Shown here one piece after another: positions 45,797 through 55,795 of a DNA stretch of 64,000 nt; position 1 is the first letter of the stretch, and every line of letters begins with the position of its first letter. The notes under the pieces are model-generated. The model was not told the origin of the DNA and ran no database searches. It saw nothing but the letters and a program-made list of their open reading frames with translations. A program made the position numbers and the translations under genes. The stretch comes from an uncultured Thermoplasmatales archaeon (GTDB lineage Archaea; Thermoplasmatota; E2; DHVEG-1), in assembly GCA_964391965.1 (NCBI GenBank), contig CAYMOC010000001.1, forward strand, positions 21,216 through 85,215, given 5' to 3'.

Positions 45797-46711
45797 ATGA
45801 AACGAGATCTTATTTCAATGTTAGATGTAAAAGATGACCTTGAAGAAATTATTGATTTAGCGATTGATATAAAAAAGAAATCTAAATCTGGTAAAAAAAT
45901 TGAGTATTTAGAAGGAAAAACTCTTGGCATGATTTTTGAAAAAAGTAGTACTCGAACTCGTGTTAGTTTTGAAACAGGTATGACTAAACTTGGAGGTCAT
46001 GCTATTTTCCTTGGAAAAAATGATATCCAACTTGGAAGAGGGGAAACAATTGAGGATACTGCAATTGTTCTTTCCCGTTATGTTGATATTATTATGTATC
46101 GTGCTATGAAAAATAAAGACATGAAAGAACTTGCTGAAAATGCTACTGTACCAGTTATATCAGGTCTTGATGATAAAGAACACCCCTGCCAGGTTATTAC
46201 AGATCTTATGACAATAAAAGAACATAAAGGAAAACTCAAAGGACTTAATTTTGTATATCTTGGAGATGGAGCAAACAATATGGCTAATTCATATCTTCTT
46301 GGTTGCGCAATTGCAGGTATGAATATTAAAATTGTATCACCCAAGAAATATTGGCCTGATGAGTACTATGTTTCTGAAGCAAAAAAGTTTGGTGTAAATG
46401 TTGAGATAACTGATGAAGTACAAGATTCAACAAAGGACGCAGATGTTGTTGCAACAGACACTTGGGTTTCAATGGGTGATGAAGAAGAGAAAGAAAAAAG
46501 ACTCAAAGAATTCAAAGGATACACTGTAAATGATGATCTTATGAGTATGGCAAACCCGGATGCGATATTCATGCATTGTCTACCAGCATATTATGATTAT
46601 GAGGTGACAAAAAAAGTAGCTCATGGCCCGCAAAGCGTCATCTTTGATGAAGCAGAGAATCGTATGTGGGCACAAAACGCAATAATGATTACTCTTTCTA
46701 AAAACCACTAA
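45797..46711 (+). CDS. argF: Ornithine carbamoyltransferase
   Basis: STRTRVSFE, HPCQ and FMHCLPA are present. The start is probably the MKRDLISML at 45797 rather than the track start at 45746. Confidence 0.85.
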   Translation: MKRDLISMLDVKDDLEEIIDLAIDIKKKSKSGKKIEYLEGKTLGMIFEKSSTRTRVSFETGMTKLGGHAIFLGKNDIQLGRGETIEDTAIVLSRYVDIIMYRAMKNKDMKELAENATVPVISGLDDKEHPCQVITDLMTIKEHKGKLKGLNFVYLGDGANNMANSYLLGCAIAGMNIKIVSPKKYWPDEYYVSEAKKFGVNVEITDEVQDSTKDADVVATDTWVSMGDEEEKEKRLKEFKGYTVNDDLMSMANPDAIFMHCLPAYYDYEVTKKVAHGPQSVIFDEAENRMWAQNAIMITLSKNH

Positions 46712-46783
46712 AGGACAACAATAAAAAACTATATAAGAAAAAAATCTTTATTTCTTTATAAAAAAACAAGGAGAACTAACTCT

Positions 46784-47812
46784 ATGAAAAAAATAATAAC
46801 GTTAACAGTATTAGCAATTTTTTTATTTACTTTTATAACTATATCCTTCAATGTCGAACATTGCAAAGCATCAACTGCAAATGAATCAGTTTTTGTAGAC
46901 CAAAGTAACACCCAAGGACCATGGGATGGAACAATTAATAACCCTTATAGAACAATTCAAGAAGGTATTAACGCAGCAAATGATGTAAAGAAAACTGTGT
47001 ATGTTTCAGAAGGAATTTACAATGAAGATATTGTTGTGAACAAAACAATAAATCTTGTAGGTCAAAATAAAACAATAACTATAATCAATGGTTCAGGTAA
47101 CGGACATACTGTTCATGTTACAAAAAATAATGTAAATATAACAGGTTTTACAATTAAAAACAGTGGCGATGGTTTTTCGGATGCGGGAATACGAATTGCT
47201 TCAAGACATGTGAATATATCAAACAATAATATCACTGACAATCATTATGGCATATATGTTAACTCGGATTATAACATGATTTATGGTAACATAATAATAT
47301 CAAACTGGAAAGGAATTAGAATACCTCGAAATGAAAACATTGTCACAAGAAATATTATAAAAAATAATACTGTGGGCGTATATTTTTGTTGTAGCTCAAC
47401 AAAGAATTTAGTATATTACAACAACTTCTATAAAAGCAACGGCAGAAACGGTGATGACAACAATAACGGCAACAAATGGTGTAATTATTCATCTAAATTG
47501 GGGAACTATTGGGAAGACTATAGTGGATTAGACGGTAATGGCGATGGTATAGGAGATACTGCATATATTGTAGATCCAAGTTCAGATAGTAACGACAGTT
47601 ATCCGTTAATGGAACCTGTAAGTATTTTTGAAAAAACTTCAAATATTATTGATGATAACCATGAAAATAACAATAATTCTCAAAATATAACAAACGGAGT
47701 GAATAATTCTAAACCTAAAAATGAGGACGATGGGTTTTTATTACCAGGATTTGAAATCATAGCTCTGATTATATCTATAGCCGCATTAATAGTAGTCAAA
47801 AAAAGATTTTAA
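46784..47812 (+). CDS. Secreted right-handed beta-helix (PbH1 repeat) protein with a PGF-CTERM archaeosortase sorting signal
   Basis: It has a signal peptide and repeated ..I..N.I..N..GI.. beta-helix turns. The C-terminus is LPGFEIIALIISIAALIVVKKRF-stop. Confidence 0.65.
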   Translation: MKKIITLTVLAIFLFTFITISFNVEHCKASTANESVFVDQSNTQGPWDGTINNPYRTIQEGINAANDVKKTVYVSEGIYNEDIVVNKTINLVGQNKTITIINGSGNGHTVHVTKNNVNITGFTIKNSGDGFSDAGIRIASRHVNISNNNITDNHYGIYVNSDYNMIYGNIIISNWKGIRIPRNENIVTRNIIKNNTVGVYFCCSSTKNLVYYNNFYKSNGRNGDDNNNGNKWCNYSSKLGNYWEDYSGLDGNGDGIGDTAYIVDPSSDSNDSYPLMEPVSIFEKTSNIIDDNHENNNNSQNITNGVNNSKPKNEDDGFLLPGFEIIALIISIAALIVVKKRF

Positions 47813-47828
47813 AAAAATCTTTATCTTT

Positions 47829-48911
47829 CTATGTTAGAATTTCTTCTAATTTATCTTTTTTATTTGCATATTTTATTTCCTGAGCAATACGTCGCCCTGT
47901 ACTAAGATCGGGTTGAACAAGTTCTGAATAAGCTGAACCAGAGACATATGGGTTTGTTCCAGCTACAATACGAGCACTTATTTCAAATACTTTAAAATCA
48001 AGGTCTTCAGTAACAACGGTTTCTAAACAAAAAGAACCGAATATTCCACCAAATATTTCATATGATTTCTCAACAACAGATTTACCCATTTCAAAAACTT
48101 TTGGTAGAAGACTTTCTCGTATTACTATTGGTATATTACCTGTTACAACAAAAGTGGGATGTATGCCAAGTTCTTCCAGTTCTGAAATACTTCCAATTCG
48201 TTGTACTTCATCAATAGTTGTTTCATCACGACGATCAATACTAAGAAGTTGAAGACTTCCTTTATCCATTTTATAGGCATCTTTTTTGATTGGTGAATAA
48301 AAATAATGAAGATAATAACGAGTGCCCATTACAAATTCTTGAATAGTATAAGATTTTCTTTTATCTATACGTTTTTTGAATTCTTCATAGGTTTTTGCAA
48401 TAAAAAAACCTTTACCACCCTTTGCACCATGATATTTAACTATAACTGGTTGCTCGATATAATGAGGATCTTTTATCTCACGAGGCATCGTAAGCCCTGC
48501 AGCTTCAAGCCATTCGCGTTCTTTATCCCTGTCTGACTCCCACATTAGAACATCACGGTTTCCATAGGTGGGAAGATCAAGTTTCATAAAATTTTTAGCA
48601 CCCAAGTATTCAACAAAGCTTCCATGAGGAATAACTATTACATTTTTTTTACGTAGTTCCTCGGTGTGACTTAGTATTTCTTTATACTCATCTACAATTA
48701 AAAAATCGTCAGGTTTACCAAGTGGAAAAGCATCATACATTTTTTTTCTTTTTTCGCCGACAACTATACCCAGTGTTTTAAATCCTTCTTTTCTTGCACC
48801 ATTAAAAATCTGAAGAGAAGAATGACTGCAAACAGTGCAAATAGTCAAGTTATTTTTATCATAATTTGCAAGTATGTCATCTACATTTATTTTAGACATT
48901 ATTTCTGACAC
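47829..48911 (-). CDS. purP: FAICAR synthetase PurP (5-formaminoimidazole-4-carboxamide ribonucleotide synthetase)
   Basis: CSHSSL..GA..EGF, PHGSF, YGNR, HYFYSP, TGNIPIVIRESLLPKVFEMG and ARIVAGTN match archaeal PurP. Confidence 0.8.
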   Translation of the reverse strand: MSEIMSKINVDDILANYDKNNLTICTVCSHSSLQIFNGARKEGFKTLGIVVGEKRKKMYDAFPLGKPDDFLIVDEYKEILSHTEELRKKNVIVIPHGSFVEYLGAKNFMKLDLPTYGNRDVLMWESDRDKEREWLEAAGLTMPREIKDPHYIEQPVIVKYHGAKGGKGFFIAKTYEEFKKRIDKRKSYTIQEFVMGTRYYLHYFYSPIKKDAYKMDKGSLQLLSIDRRDETTIDEVQRIGSISELEELGIHPTFVVTGNIPIVIRESLLPKVFEMGKSVVEKSYEIFGGIFGSFCLETVVTEDLDFKVFEISARIVAGTNPYVSGSAYSELVQPDLSTGRRIAQEIKYANKKDKLEEILT

Positions 48912-49498
48912 CTTGCAGTTTCCTTATATAACGGGGTTTTTTATTAGTTTCGATGAAAAATTAAAAAAGAGTAGAATGAAAAAATTTGTAAATTATTATT
49001 TTTAGATAAACAAATTAAATTTATTTCACCAATCTTCTTCCTCTTCTTAATCTTCAGTTCTTGAGGTATAATTCGTCGATTTAATTAAACAAATGTTTTT
49101 TTGGTGATTTATTATTTATATTAAAAAAATTTTTAGGGTTTTCTAAAGATTAAAGAGATAGAATTCTAGTTAAACAAGGATAATATTTATCCATATGTGA
49201 AAAAAAAATCACTTATCCTATTTGATTTTTTGGTAATAGTTATCAAACAAAGTTGACAACGTTTGTACAACAACTTCTTTTAAACTTGAAATAAAAAGTA
49301 ATGGTTGATAATTATGATGATTGTAGGACAAGTATCAAATAAATCTGAGGCTAAAGAAATTTCTTTTATCGCAAAACTTTTCGTAGTAGGACAAAGAGCT
49401 AGGGATCTTGCTCATCAAAAAGAAAAAAATTGATTTTTTTATAATAATTTTTATTAAGCTGTGATACTTTAGAATAAGTATCATGGTGATTTTGTAAC

Positions 49499-50968
49499 TT
49501 GGTTGAATTAACTTTTTATGGCGGAGTAGGTCAAATAGGTGGAAACAAAATCCTATTTGAAGACAATGATACTAAGATTTTTTTAGATTTCGGTATGAAT
49601 TTTACTGAGCATTCTAACTTTTTTACTGAATACATGCCACCTAGAAAAAACAGTTGTATCAAAGATTTTATAGATCTTGGCCTGCTCCCTGATTTAAAAG
49701 GATTATATAGACGAGATTACTGTAAACATATGGACCTTGATTATAAAGAAGGAAATAGTATTGATGGTGTTTTGATATCTCATGCTCATGTTGACCATGT
49801 GGGTTATGTTCATTTTTTAAGATCTGATATCCCTGTTTATGTTAGCAGTGAAACAAAAGCTGTGATGGATCTTTTTAGTAGACTTGGAACCGCTGGTTTT
49901 GAAGAGTTTTCATGTTTCAAACCAACTTTTCAGTTGATTCCTAAAAAAAGAGGAGAAGGTTATAAGAGACGAGATGCACGTGATGGAATAGAAAAACGTA
50001 ATATTAAGATTTTTAAGTTTGGAAAAAAGTTTAAAATTGGAAATCTTGAAATTGAACCTTGTAGAGTGGATCATTCACTACCGGGTGCAACAGGTTTTAT
50101 TATTTACTCATCTGAAGGACCGGTAGTATACACAGGTGATCTCCGTTTTCATGGTAGACATAATGAATGGAGTTATAATTTTGTTGAAAGAGCTGCTGAA
50201 ACTGAACCAATGGCGATGCTTTCTGAGGGGACAAGAGTAGAAGAAAAACAGGCTAGAACAGAAGAATATGTTCAGAAAGAAAGTACTAAATATATTGAAG
50301 GAAAAAATGGTCTTGCTATTGTAAATTTTCCAATACGTGACACTGAAAGACTTTTAACTTTTTATAGTACAGCAATTAAAAATAATCGTAAGCTTGTTAT
50401 TGAATACCGTCAGGCTATGCTTCTTGATTTGATGAAAAATTGTAAAACCAGTAATTTACCTGAATCAAACGATGAAAATATTAGGATTTTTTTCCCAAAA
50501 AAAAGCTGGGGGCTTATAGGTCGTGATGATTTTCCCGAGGATCAAATAGAAAAAGATTATAGTTCCTGGGAGAAAAACTATCTTTCTAGAAATAATGTTA
50601 TAGATGCTAGAGAAATAAGAAAAAATCAACAGAAATATGTTATGTTTATGAATTATTTCCAACTAAATAATCTCCTTGACATTAAACCAAAGAAAGGCAG
50701 TGTTCATATCCGTAGTATTTGCGAACCTTTTTCTGAAGAGATGGAACTTGATCAATTAAGAATTGATAACTGGCTTAAACTCCTTGGTTTGTACCCTGAA
50801 CGTAGAATTCATTCATCAGGTCATGCATCTGGACCAGATATTTTTAATATGATCGAAAAAATTAGTCCAAAAAAGTTGTTTCCAATACATACCGAGCATC
50901 CTGATAAATTTAAAAAACTCGATATTGAAACAACTATAGTAAAAGAAGGAAAAACCTATAAACTATAA
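49499..50968 (+). CDS. rnj: Metallo-beta-lactamase/beta-CASP ribonuclease (RNase J-like). It has a TTG start.
   Basis: LTFYGGVGQIGGNKILFEDNDTKIFLDFGM and SHAHVDHVGY are present, along with beta-CASP-like downstream motifs. Confidence 0.7.
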   Translation: MVELTFYGGVGQIGGNKILFEDNDTKIFLDFGMNFTEHSNFFTEYMPPRKNSCIKDFIDLGLLPDLKGLYRRDYCKHMDLDYKEGNSIDGVLISHAHVDHVGYVHFLRSDIPVYVSSETKAVMDLFSRLGTAGFEEFSCFKPTFQLIPKKRGEGYKRRDARDGIEKRNIKIFKFGKKFKIGNLEIEPCRVDHSLPGATGFIIYSSEGPVVYTGDLRFHGRHNEWSYNFVERAAETEPMAMLSEGTRVEEKQARTEEYVQKESTKYIEGKNGLAIVNFPIRDTERLLTFYSTAIKNNRKLVIEYRQAMLLDLMKNCKTSNLPESNDENIRIFFPKKSWGLIGRDDFPEDQIEKDYSSWEKNYLSRNNVIDAREIRKNQQKYVMFMNYFQLNNLLDIKPKKGSVHIRSICEPFSEEMELDQLRIDNWLKLLGLYPERRIHSSGHASGPDIFNMIEKISPKKLFPIHTEHPDKFKKLDIETTIVKEGKTYKL

Positions 50969-51032
50969 AAAAGATAAGAAGCATCTTATAAGATAAGAAA
51001 AAATTTAATGAGTCGGGGGAATAAATAAGAGA

Positions 51033-52121
51033 ATGTCAGATTTATATGATTACAATAAGAAAAAAAATGATGAGCAAGTCATGATTAAAACAGATTCAGG
51101 TAGAAGAAAAAAAGAACAATTCATTGAAAACCTTAAGGAAGGAGACACTGTTAATGATTTTTTTGCAGTAAAAATCAAAAGTCCTCCCAGACCTTACAAA
51201 AACGGCACATGGTTTAACATTTTAACTAGTGATAAAACAGGTGAAATAAGTGTTAAATTCTGGGGTGGCGACAACCAAGAACATGTTAAAAGACTTTACA
51301 ATAGTTTCCAAGTTGGGGATGTAATCCAGGTACGTCAAGGGAATGTTGAGGTATATGAAGACAAACCGCAGATTTCAGTTAATGAAAAAAAAGGCGGTTT
51401 AAGACGTTGTAGCCCTGAAGAATATGATGTAGCTGATTTTGTATCAGCTCTTCCAGAAGAAAAAATAGATGAACTTCTTTGGGAGATAAAACAAGAAATT
51501 GAAAACTTTGAGAATATTCAACTGAAAAACTTGCTGAAAACATTTTTTGATAATCCTGATTTTGTTAAAGAATTCAGTCGTTGTCCATCAGCTGTAACTC
51601 ATCATCATAACTACATAGGTGGAAACCTTGAACACACAGCTAGTGTTGTTAAACTTTGTAAAAAAATATGTGAAACATATCCTAAAATCAACCAAGATCT
51701 TTTGGTAACTGGTGCAATACTTCATGATATTGGAAAACTCAAAGAATATCATACAACAGCAGCAATAGACCGGTCAAGTATTGGTAACTTCATCGGGCAT
51801 ATTGTTATTGGTGATCGATGGATTAAAGAAAAAATTGAAATGCTTAGAGAAAAAAACATAGATTTTGATGAAGAACTAGAAACTCATCTGTCACATATGA
51901 TCCTTAGTCATCATGGAAAATATGAATACGGAAGCCCGCGTATGCCGAAAACACTTGAAGCAAACATACTTCATCATGCAGATAATATGGATGCGCAGGT
52001 AAAAAATTTTATACAAGTCATTGAGGAAGGAAGGCAGATTTTTGAGGATGAAGAATGGGGTTTTATGTGGGATTCTGAATCTGGAAGGAAAAGACCTTTC
52101 TTTTTAAAAGAAGGATACTAA
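51033..52121 (+). CDS. OB-fold plus HD-domain phosphohydrolase (YhaM-like 3'-5' exonuclease family)
   Basis: There is an N-terminal OB-like region. The HD motifs are HHHNYIGGNLEHT, LHDIGK and SHHGKYEYGSP. Confidence 0.65.
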   Translation: MSDLYDYNKKKNDEQVMIKTDSGRRKKEQFIENLKEGDTVNDFFAVKIKSPPRPYKNGTWFNILTSDKTGEISVKFWGGDNQEHVKRLYNSFQVGDVIQVRQGNVEVYEDKPQISVNEKKGGLRRCSPEEYDVADFVSALPEEKIDELLWEIKQEIENFENIQLKNLLKTFFDNPDFVKEFSRCPSAVTHHHNYIGGNLEHTASVVKLCKKICETYPKINQDLLVTGAILHDIGKLKEYHTTAAIDRSSIGNFIGHIVIGDRWIKEKIEMLREKNIDFDEELETHLSHMILSHHGKYEYGSPRMPKTLEANILHHADNMDAQVKNFIQVIEEGRQIFEDEEWGFMWDSESGRKRPFFLKEGY

Positions 52122-52126
52122 AATCG

Positions 52127-52312
52127 GTGTTAATAAGTCCTATGAAAAAAGATGTTATCGATATTTTGTGCTGCCCTGATTGTAAGGGATCGCTTTCGGT
52201 TGAAATTGAAAGTGAGAAAGATGATGAAATAGTCAATGGAATTTTAAAATGTAGTAATTGTGAAAAAAAATATATAATTAATCAGGGTATAGCCGATCTT
52301 AGACCTAAGTAG
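52127..52312 (+). CDS. Trm112-like zinc-ribbon protein
   Basis: LCCPDCKGSL...LKCSNCEKKYIINQGIADL matches the Trm112/DUF343 pattern. Confidence 0.65.
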   Translation: MLISPMKKDVIDILCCPDCKGSLSVEIESEKDDEIVNGILKCSNCEKKYIINQGIADLRPK

Positions 52313-52316
52313 AAAA

Positions 52317-54296
52317 TCAGCCGATAAAATCTTTAATATCTTTAATCAAGTTTTTTGATTCTTTCATATCTTTTATATATTTTTTAAAACGAGCGGCACG
52401 ACTATCAAGAATTACTGCTACTCCACGATCATTTTCATCACGAATCAAACGACCAATAGATTGCAAAAGTTTACGAGCAGTTGGTGCAACAACCGTGTAT
52501 TCCCATCCTTTATTGAATTTTAGATCATAATAATGTTGCAGTCCTCTTTGTCGTGCTGTTGGTTTAGGATAAGGTATACCCACTATGACTGCTATTTCAA
52601 GTTGCTCTGCTGGGAAATCCATCCCTTCACTTATTCGACCTCCCATCACGGAAAACATAGCAGCGGTTTCATCATTAGCTGAATCCTTAAAATCTGATAC
52701 TACATCCATCAAAGCAGCTTGACTCATACCTTGTTTTTCCATGTAAAGACAGCGATCTATATCGCTTTTTAGACCGTTTTTAACAAAAGAAGACATTGTG
52801 TTAAAACTTGGGAAGAAAACTATAGTATTTTTTGGAAAACTATTACAGATTCCAGAGACATAGTTATTCATACGTTCCAAAATTTTGTCGTTTTTCATCA
52901 TCTCAGAATATTTAGTAGTTACATCTCTAACAAACAAAATCCTTCGGTTTTTTTCTGAAAAAGGAGAAGGATATGCGACAAGATCTGTTTTTACACCAAG
53001 ACCTATTGAATCTCTGTATTCTTCTAATGGTTCAAGTGTTCCTGACATGTGAACTGTGCTATAAAATTTTTTAAGAATATCTGTTTCAAAAGAAGGATCC
53101 AAACAAAAAGCCTCAATTCGAGGGTTTTTTCCATCATAGGAATCAACCACAAGTTTAGCATACTGATCAAGTTCTAGATTTAACCAGAAATCAAGAAACA
53201 ATCCAAGCTTGTGAAGATACGACCGAGGTAGTTTCCCTTCTTTTTCACGGTACTCCTGTATTTTTTCTCCATAAGCAACTAGATCTCCTACTATATCATG
53301 TAATGATCTACTAGTTGCCTTAATTCGAGAAAGAATCTCTGTTTCGAATTCCTTTGATGGGATAAAAGCATCTTTTTTACCAGAATTCAAACGACGGATT
53401 TCATTTTCTTTTATGTTATAAACATATGTATCACGTAAATCCATCAATATATCACTTAAGATATTACAAAACTCGGAAACACTATAACGACCATCAAGCA
53501 TTGATGGATCGCCATATTTTTTTGCTTCAGAGATACAGTTTTTAAGCATCCAGAAACTTAGTTCAGCTGAAAACAAATCACGGATATAATCCGGAAGATT
53601 ATGCGCCTCGTCAACAACAAGGATAAGCTCGTTTTCAGAAACACCAAGCCAGTCAAAAAGCATATTACGAATGGTTATATCAAAAACATAAATATAGGGC
53701 ACAACAACCAAAGAAGATTCTTTAATCAATTCCTTGTTTAACTCATAAGGACAAAGTTGTTTTTTATCACAGTAATCAATGAATTCTTCAGCAGTTGGGA
53801 GATTTTCCCGCAACCAATCCTTTGCATCATTTACTTTTTCTTCATCTCTTAAAAAATTACTAAAATAAACACAGCCTCTAGCGTTGTCTACACTGCCTCT
53901 GGCTTTCTTTTTTTCATTTGAACAAAAACGTGAAAGTTCTTCTGAAGTACCATGTTCCAAATCAGGGTCATTTTTTGAGAGAAGACACATGTTACTACGT
54001 CCTTGAATGCCTACTCCAAAAATTTTGTGTTTAAACTCTGGGTTTTTATCTCGGATTGCACGAAGTTCCAGTATCACCTGACGTTGCTGAGCATTAGTTC
54101 GAGTTGTATATACTATTTTTTTATCATTCTCTAAAGCATACTCTAAACAAGAAGAAATAGTGCAAATTGTTTTACCAGAACCTGTGCCGGATTCGAAAAC
54201 TATGTTTTCTCCTGATCTAAGCACTCTTTTGATATTTTGCATTATCGCTATTTGATTTTTACGTGGTTTGTAAGGAAAAAGATCCATAGGGTACAA
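52317..54296 (-). CDS. xpd: XPD/Rad3-family 5'-3' DNA helicase with a 4-Cys FeS domain
   Basis: The Walker A is GTGSGKT. VVDEAHNLPDY is the DEAH box. Four Cys lie in the FeS-insert region, and helicase C-terminal motifs are present. Confidence 0.8.
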   Translation of the reverse strand: MYPMDLFPYKPRKNQIAIMQNIKRVLRSGENIVFESGTGSGKTICTISSCLEYALENDKKIVYTTRTNAQQRQVILELRAIRDKNPEFKHKIFGVGIQGRSNMCLLSKNDPDLEHGTSEELSRFCSNEKKKARGSVDNARGCVYFSNFLRDEEKVNDAKDWLRENLPTAEEFIDYCDKKQLCPYELNKELIKESSLVVVPYIYVFDITIRNMLFDWLGVSENELILVVDEAHNLPDYIRDLFSAELSFWMLKNCISEAKKYGDPSMLDGRYSVSEFCNILSDILMDLRDTYVYNIKENEIRRLNSGKKDAFIPSKEFETEILSRIKATSRSLHDIVGDLVAYGEKIQEYREKEGKLPRSYLHKLGLFLDFWLNLELDQYAKLVVDSYDGKNPRIEAFCLDPSFETDILKKFYSTVHMSGTLEPLEEYRDSIGLGVKTDLVAYPSPFSEKNRRILFVRDVTTKYSEMMKNDKILERMNNYVSGICNSFPKNTIVFFPSFNTMSSFVKNGLKSDIDRCLYMEKQGMSQAALMDVVSDFKDSANDETAAMFSVMGGRISEGMDFPAEQLEIAVIVGIPYPKPTARQRGLQHYYDLKFNKGWEYTVVAPTARKLLQSIGRLIRDENDRGVAVILDSRAARFKKYIKDMKESKNLIKDIKDFIG

Positions 54297-54410
54297 GAGG
54301 GAATTGTAAAACCCGTTAAAAGACTTGTTGAAGGGCTGACTAAAACTATTAACAGATAAACTACATCAGGGTAAAGTTTAATATTAAAAAAACAAATGAA
54401 GAAAAATTAG

Positions 54411-55262
54411 TTGAAAAAAAATATGAAACAATCTCCTTTTGAAAAAATAAAAGAGAAACTATCAAGAATTCTTCCAAAGAATTTGATAGATTTTTTACCG
54501 TCAAAATGGGAAAAAATTGGTGATGTTTTAATTCTTGTTTTACCAGAAAAACTAGAAAAATTTCAGTTTTTAGTTGCTGAAGAATATGCAAAGGTTTTGG
54601 ATTGTAAAACGGTTTTAAGAAACAAAGGACCTGTGAAGGGAGAACTGAGAGTTCCTGATATGGAGATTATTTTTGGTTCTAAAAACACTGAAACAGTTCA
54701 TAAAGAAAATAAAATTAAGTATAAACTTGACCCGACTAAAGTTATGTTTTCATCTGGAAATATGGATGAAAGAATACGGATGAGTAAAATAGATATTAAA
54801 GATGAAACTATTGTTGATTTGTTTGCCGGTATTGGTTATTTTTCTCTTCCTATGGCAGTTTATGGATCCCCGAAACAAATATTTGCTGTTGAAAAAAATC
54901 CAGATGCTTTTTCCTATTTATCTCAGAATATTAGTTTGAATCATGTTACTGATAAAATAACAGCAATTGAGGGTGATAATCGTTTGAAATCACCGAAGAA
55001 TATTGCTGATCGAGTTCTTCTCGGGTATTTTGGTAAAACCCATGAGTTTATTCCTACAGCTATTGAAACATTAAAGAATAATTCGGGTGTTATTCATTTT
55101 CATGATAAAATACCTGATAAAAATATTCCGGATACAAAGATGAATGAGATACAAAAAATTGTTGAAGTTTATGATAAAAAAGCAGAGTTGGTTGATTACA
55201 ATCGAGTTAAATCTTATGCACCAGGTATTGGTCATTATGTTTTAGATGTTAGATTACGGTGA
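54411..55262 (+). CDS. Met-10+ family tRNA modification enzyme. The length and motif IV favour Taw2 (acp transferase) over Trm5.
   Basis: VDLFAGIGYFSLPMA...FAVEKNP is a class-I SAM fold. The protein is 283 aa with no obvious Trm5 D1 domain or NLP motif. Confidence 0.6.
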   Translation: MKKNMKQSPFEKIKEKLSRILPKNLIDFLPSKWEKIGDVLILVLPEKLEKFQFLVAEEYAKVLDCKTVLRNKGPVKGELRVPDMEIIFGSKNTETVHKENKIKYKLDPTKVMFSSGNMDERIRMSKIDIKDETIVDLFAGIGYFSLPMAVYGSPKQIFAVEKNPDAFSYLSQNISLNHVTDKITAIEGDNRLKSPKNIADRVLLGYFGKTHEFIPTAIETLKNNSGVIHFHDKIPDKNIPDTKMNEIQKIVEVYDKKAELVDYNRVKSYAPGIGHYVLDVRLR

Positions 55263-55791
55263 AACAAGGATTATGAATAATACAATTAGTCTTTATGTTT
55301 ATCATGCAAATGAGGATGATCCGAAGAAGTGTAGTGCTCGTAAACTTGAAAGAAAAGGTTACGCCAAATTGGAGGCTAATATTCGAAAGACTCCTCGTAA
55401 AACTATTCTTTTAAATCCTTTTGCTGAAAAAAGTATTTCAAAAGAGGATCTTGATGTTGCTTTAAAAAATGGGATTCTTGCTGTTGATTGTTCTTGGAAA
55501 AATGCTGAACAAAGTTTTGATTTTTTAGATAAAAGAAACTATTCACGTGCTCTACCCTTTGTAGTTGCTGCTAATCCTGTGAATTATGGTAAACCTTTCA
55601 AGCTTTCAACTTTGGAGGCTTTTGCAGCAGCACTTTATATTTTGGGTGAGAAAAAACATTCTGAGGAAATCTTGCAGTTGTACAAATGGAGCCCTCATTT
55701 TATAACTCTTAATAAAAATCCTCTTAATGATTATAGTAAAGCTGAGAACAGTAAACAAGTAGTTGAGATTATGAAGGAATACATACAATAA
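55246..55791 (+). CDS. tsr3: rRNA aminocarboxypropyltransferase Tsr3 (DUF367)
   Basis: The ILAVDCSW motif and the overall pattern are present. It overlaps the previous gene by 17 nt. Confidence 0.7.
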   Translation: MLDYGETRIMNNTISLYVYHANEDDPKKCSARKLERKGYAKLEANIRKTPRKTILLNPFAEKSISKEDLDVALKNGILAVDCSWKNAEQSFDFLDKRNYSRALPFVVAANPVNYGKPFKLSTLEAFAAALYILGEKKHSEEILQLYKWSPHFITLNKNPLNDYSKAENSKQVVEIMKEYIQ

Positions 55792-55795
55792 TTTT

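Noticed and set aside
40875-46711. An island integrated at the tRNA-Gly 3' end
   Set aside because: I could not find a downstream direct repeat of the tRNA-Gly 3' segment (tcccggtacccgca) by eye. The genes to the right are a mix of housekeeping genes (fen1, argF, pepE) and secreted proteins, so there is no clear boundary.
48912-49498. Structured ncRNA (RNase P / SRP RNA) in the 590-bp purP-rnj intergenic region
   Set aside because: The region is AT-rich with only a short hairpin near 49462-49487. There are no GC-rich conserved helices of the kind expected for RNase P or 7S RNA. It is more likely divergent promoters and a leader.
54361-54591. A 76-aa minus-strand ORF overlapping the start of the Taw2/Trm5-like gene
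   Set aside because: It overlaps a well-supported plus-strand gene and has no recognisable features.
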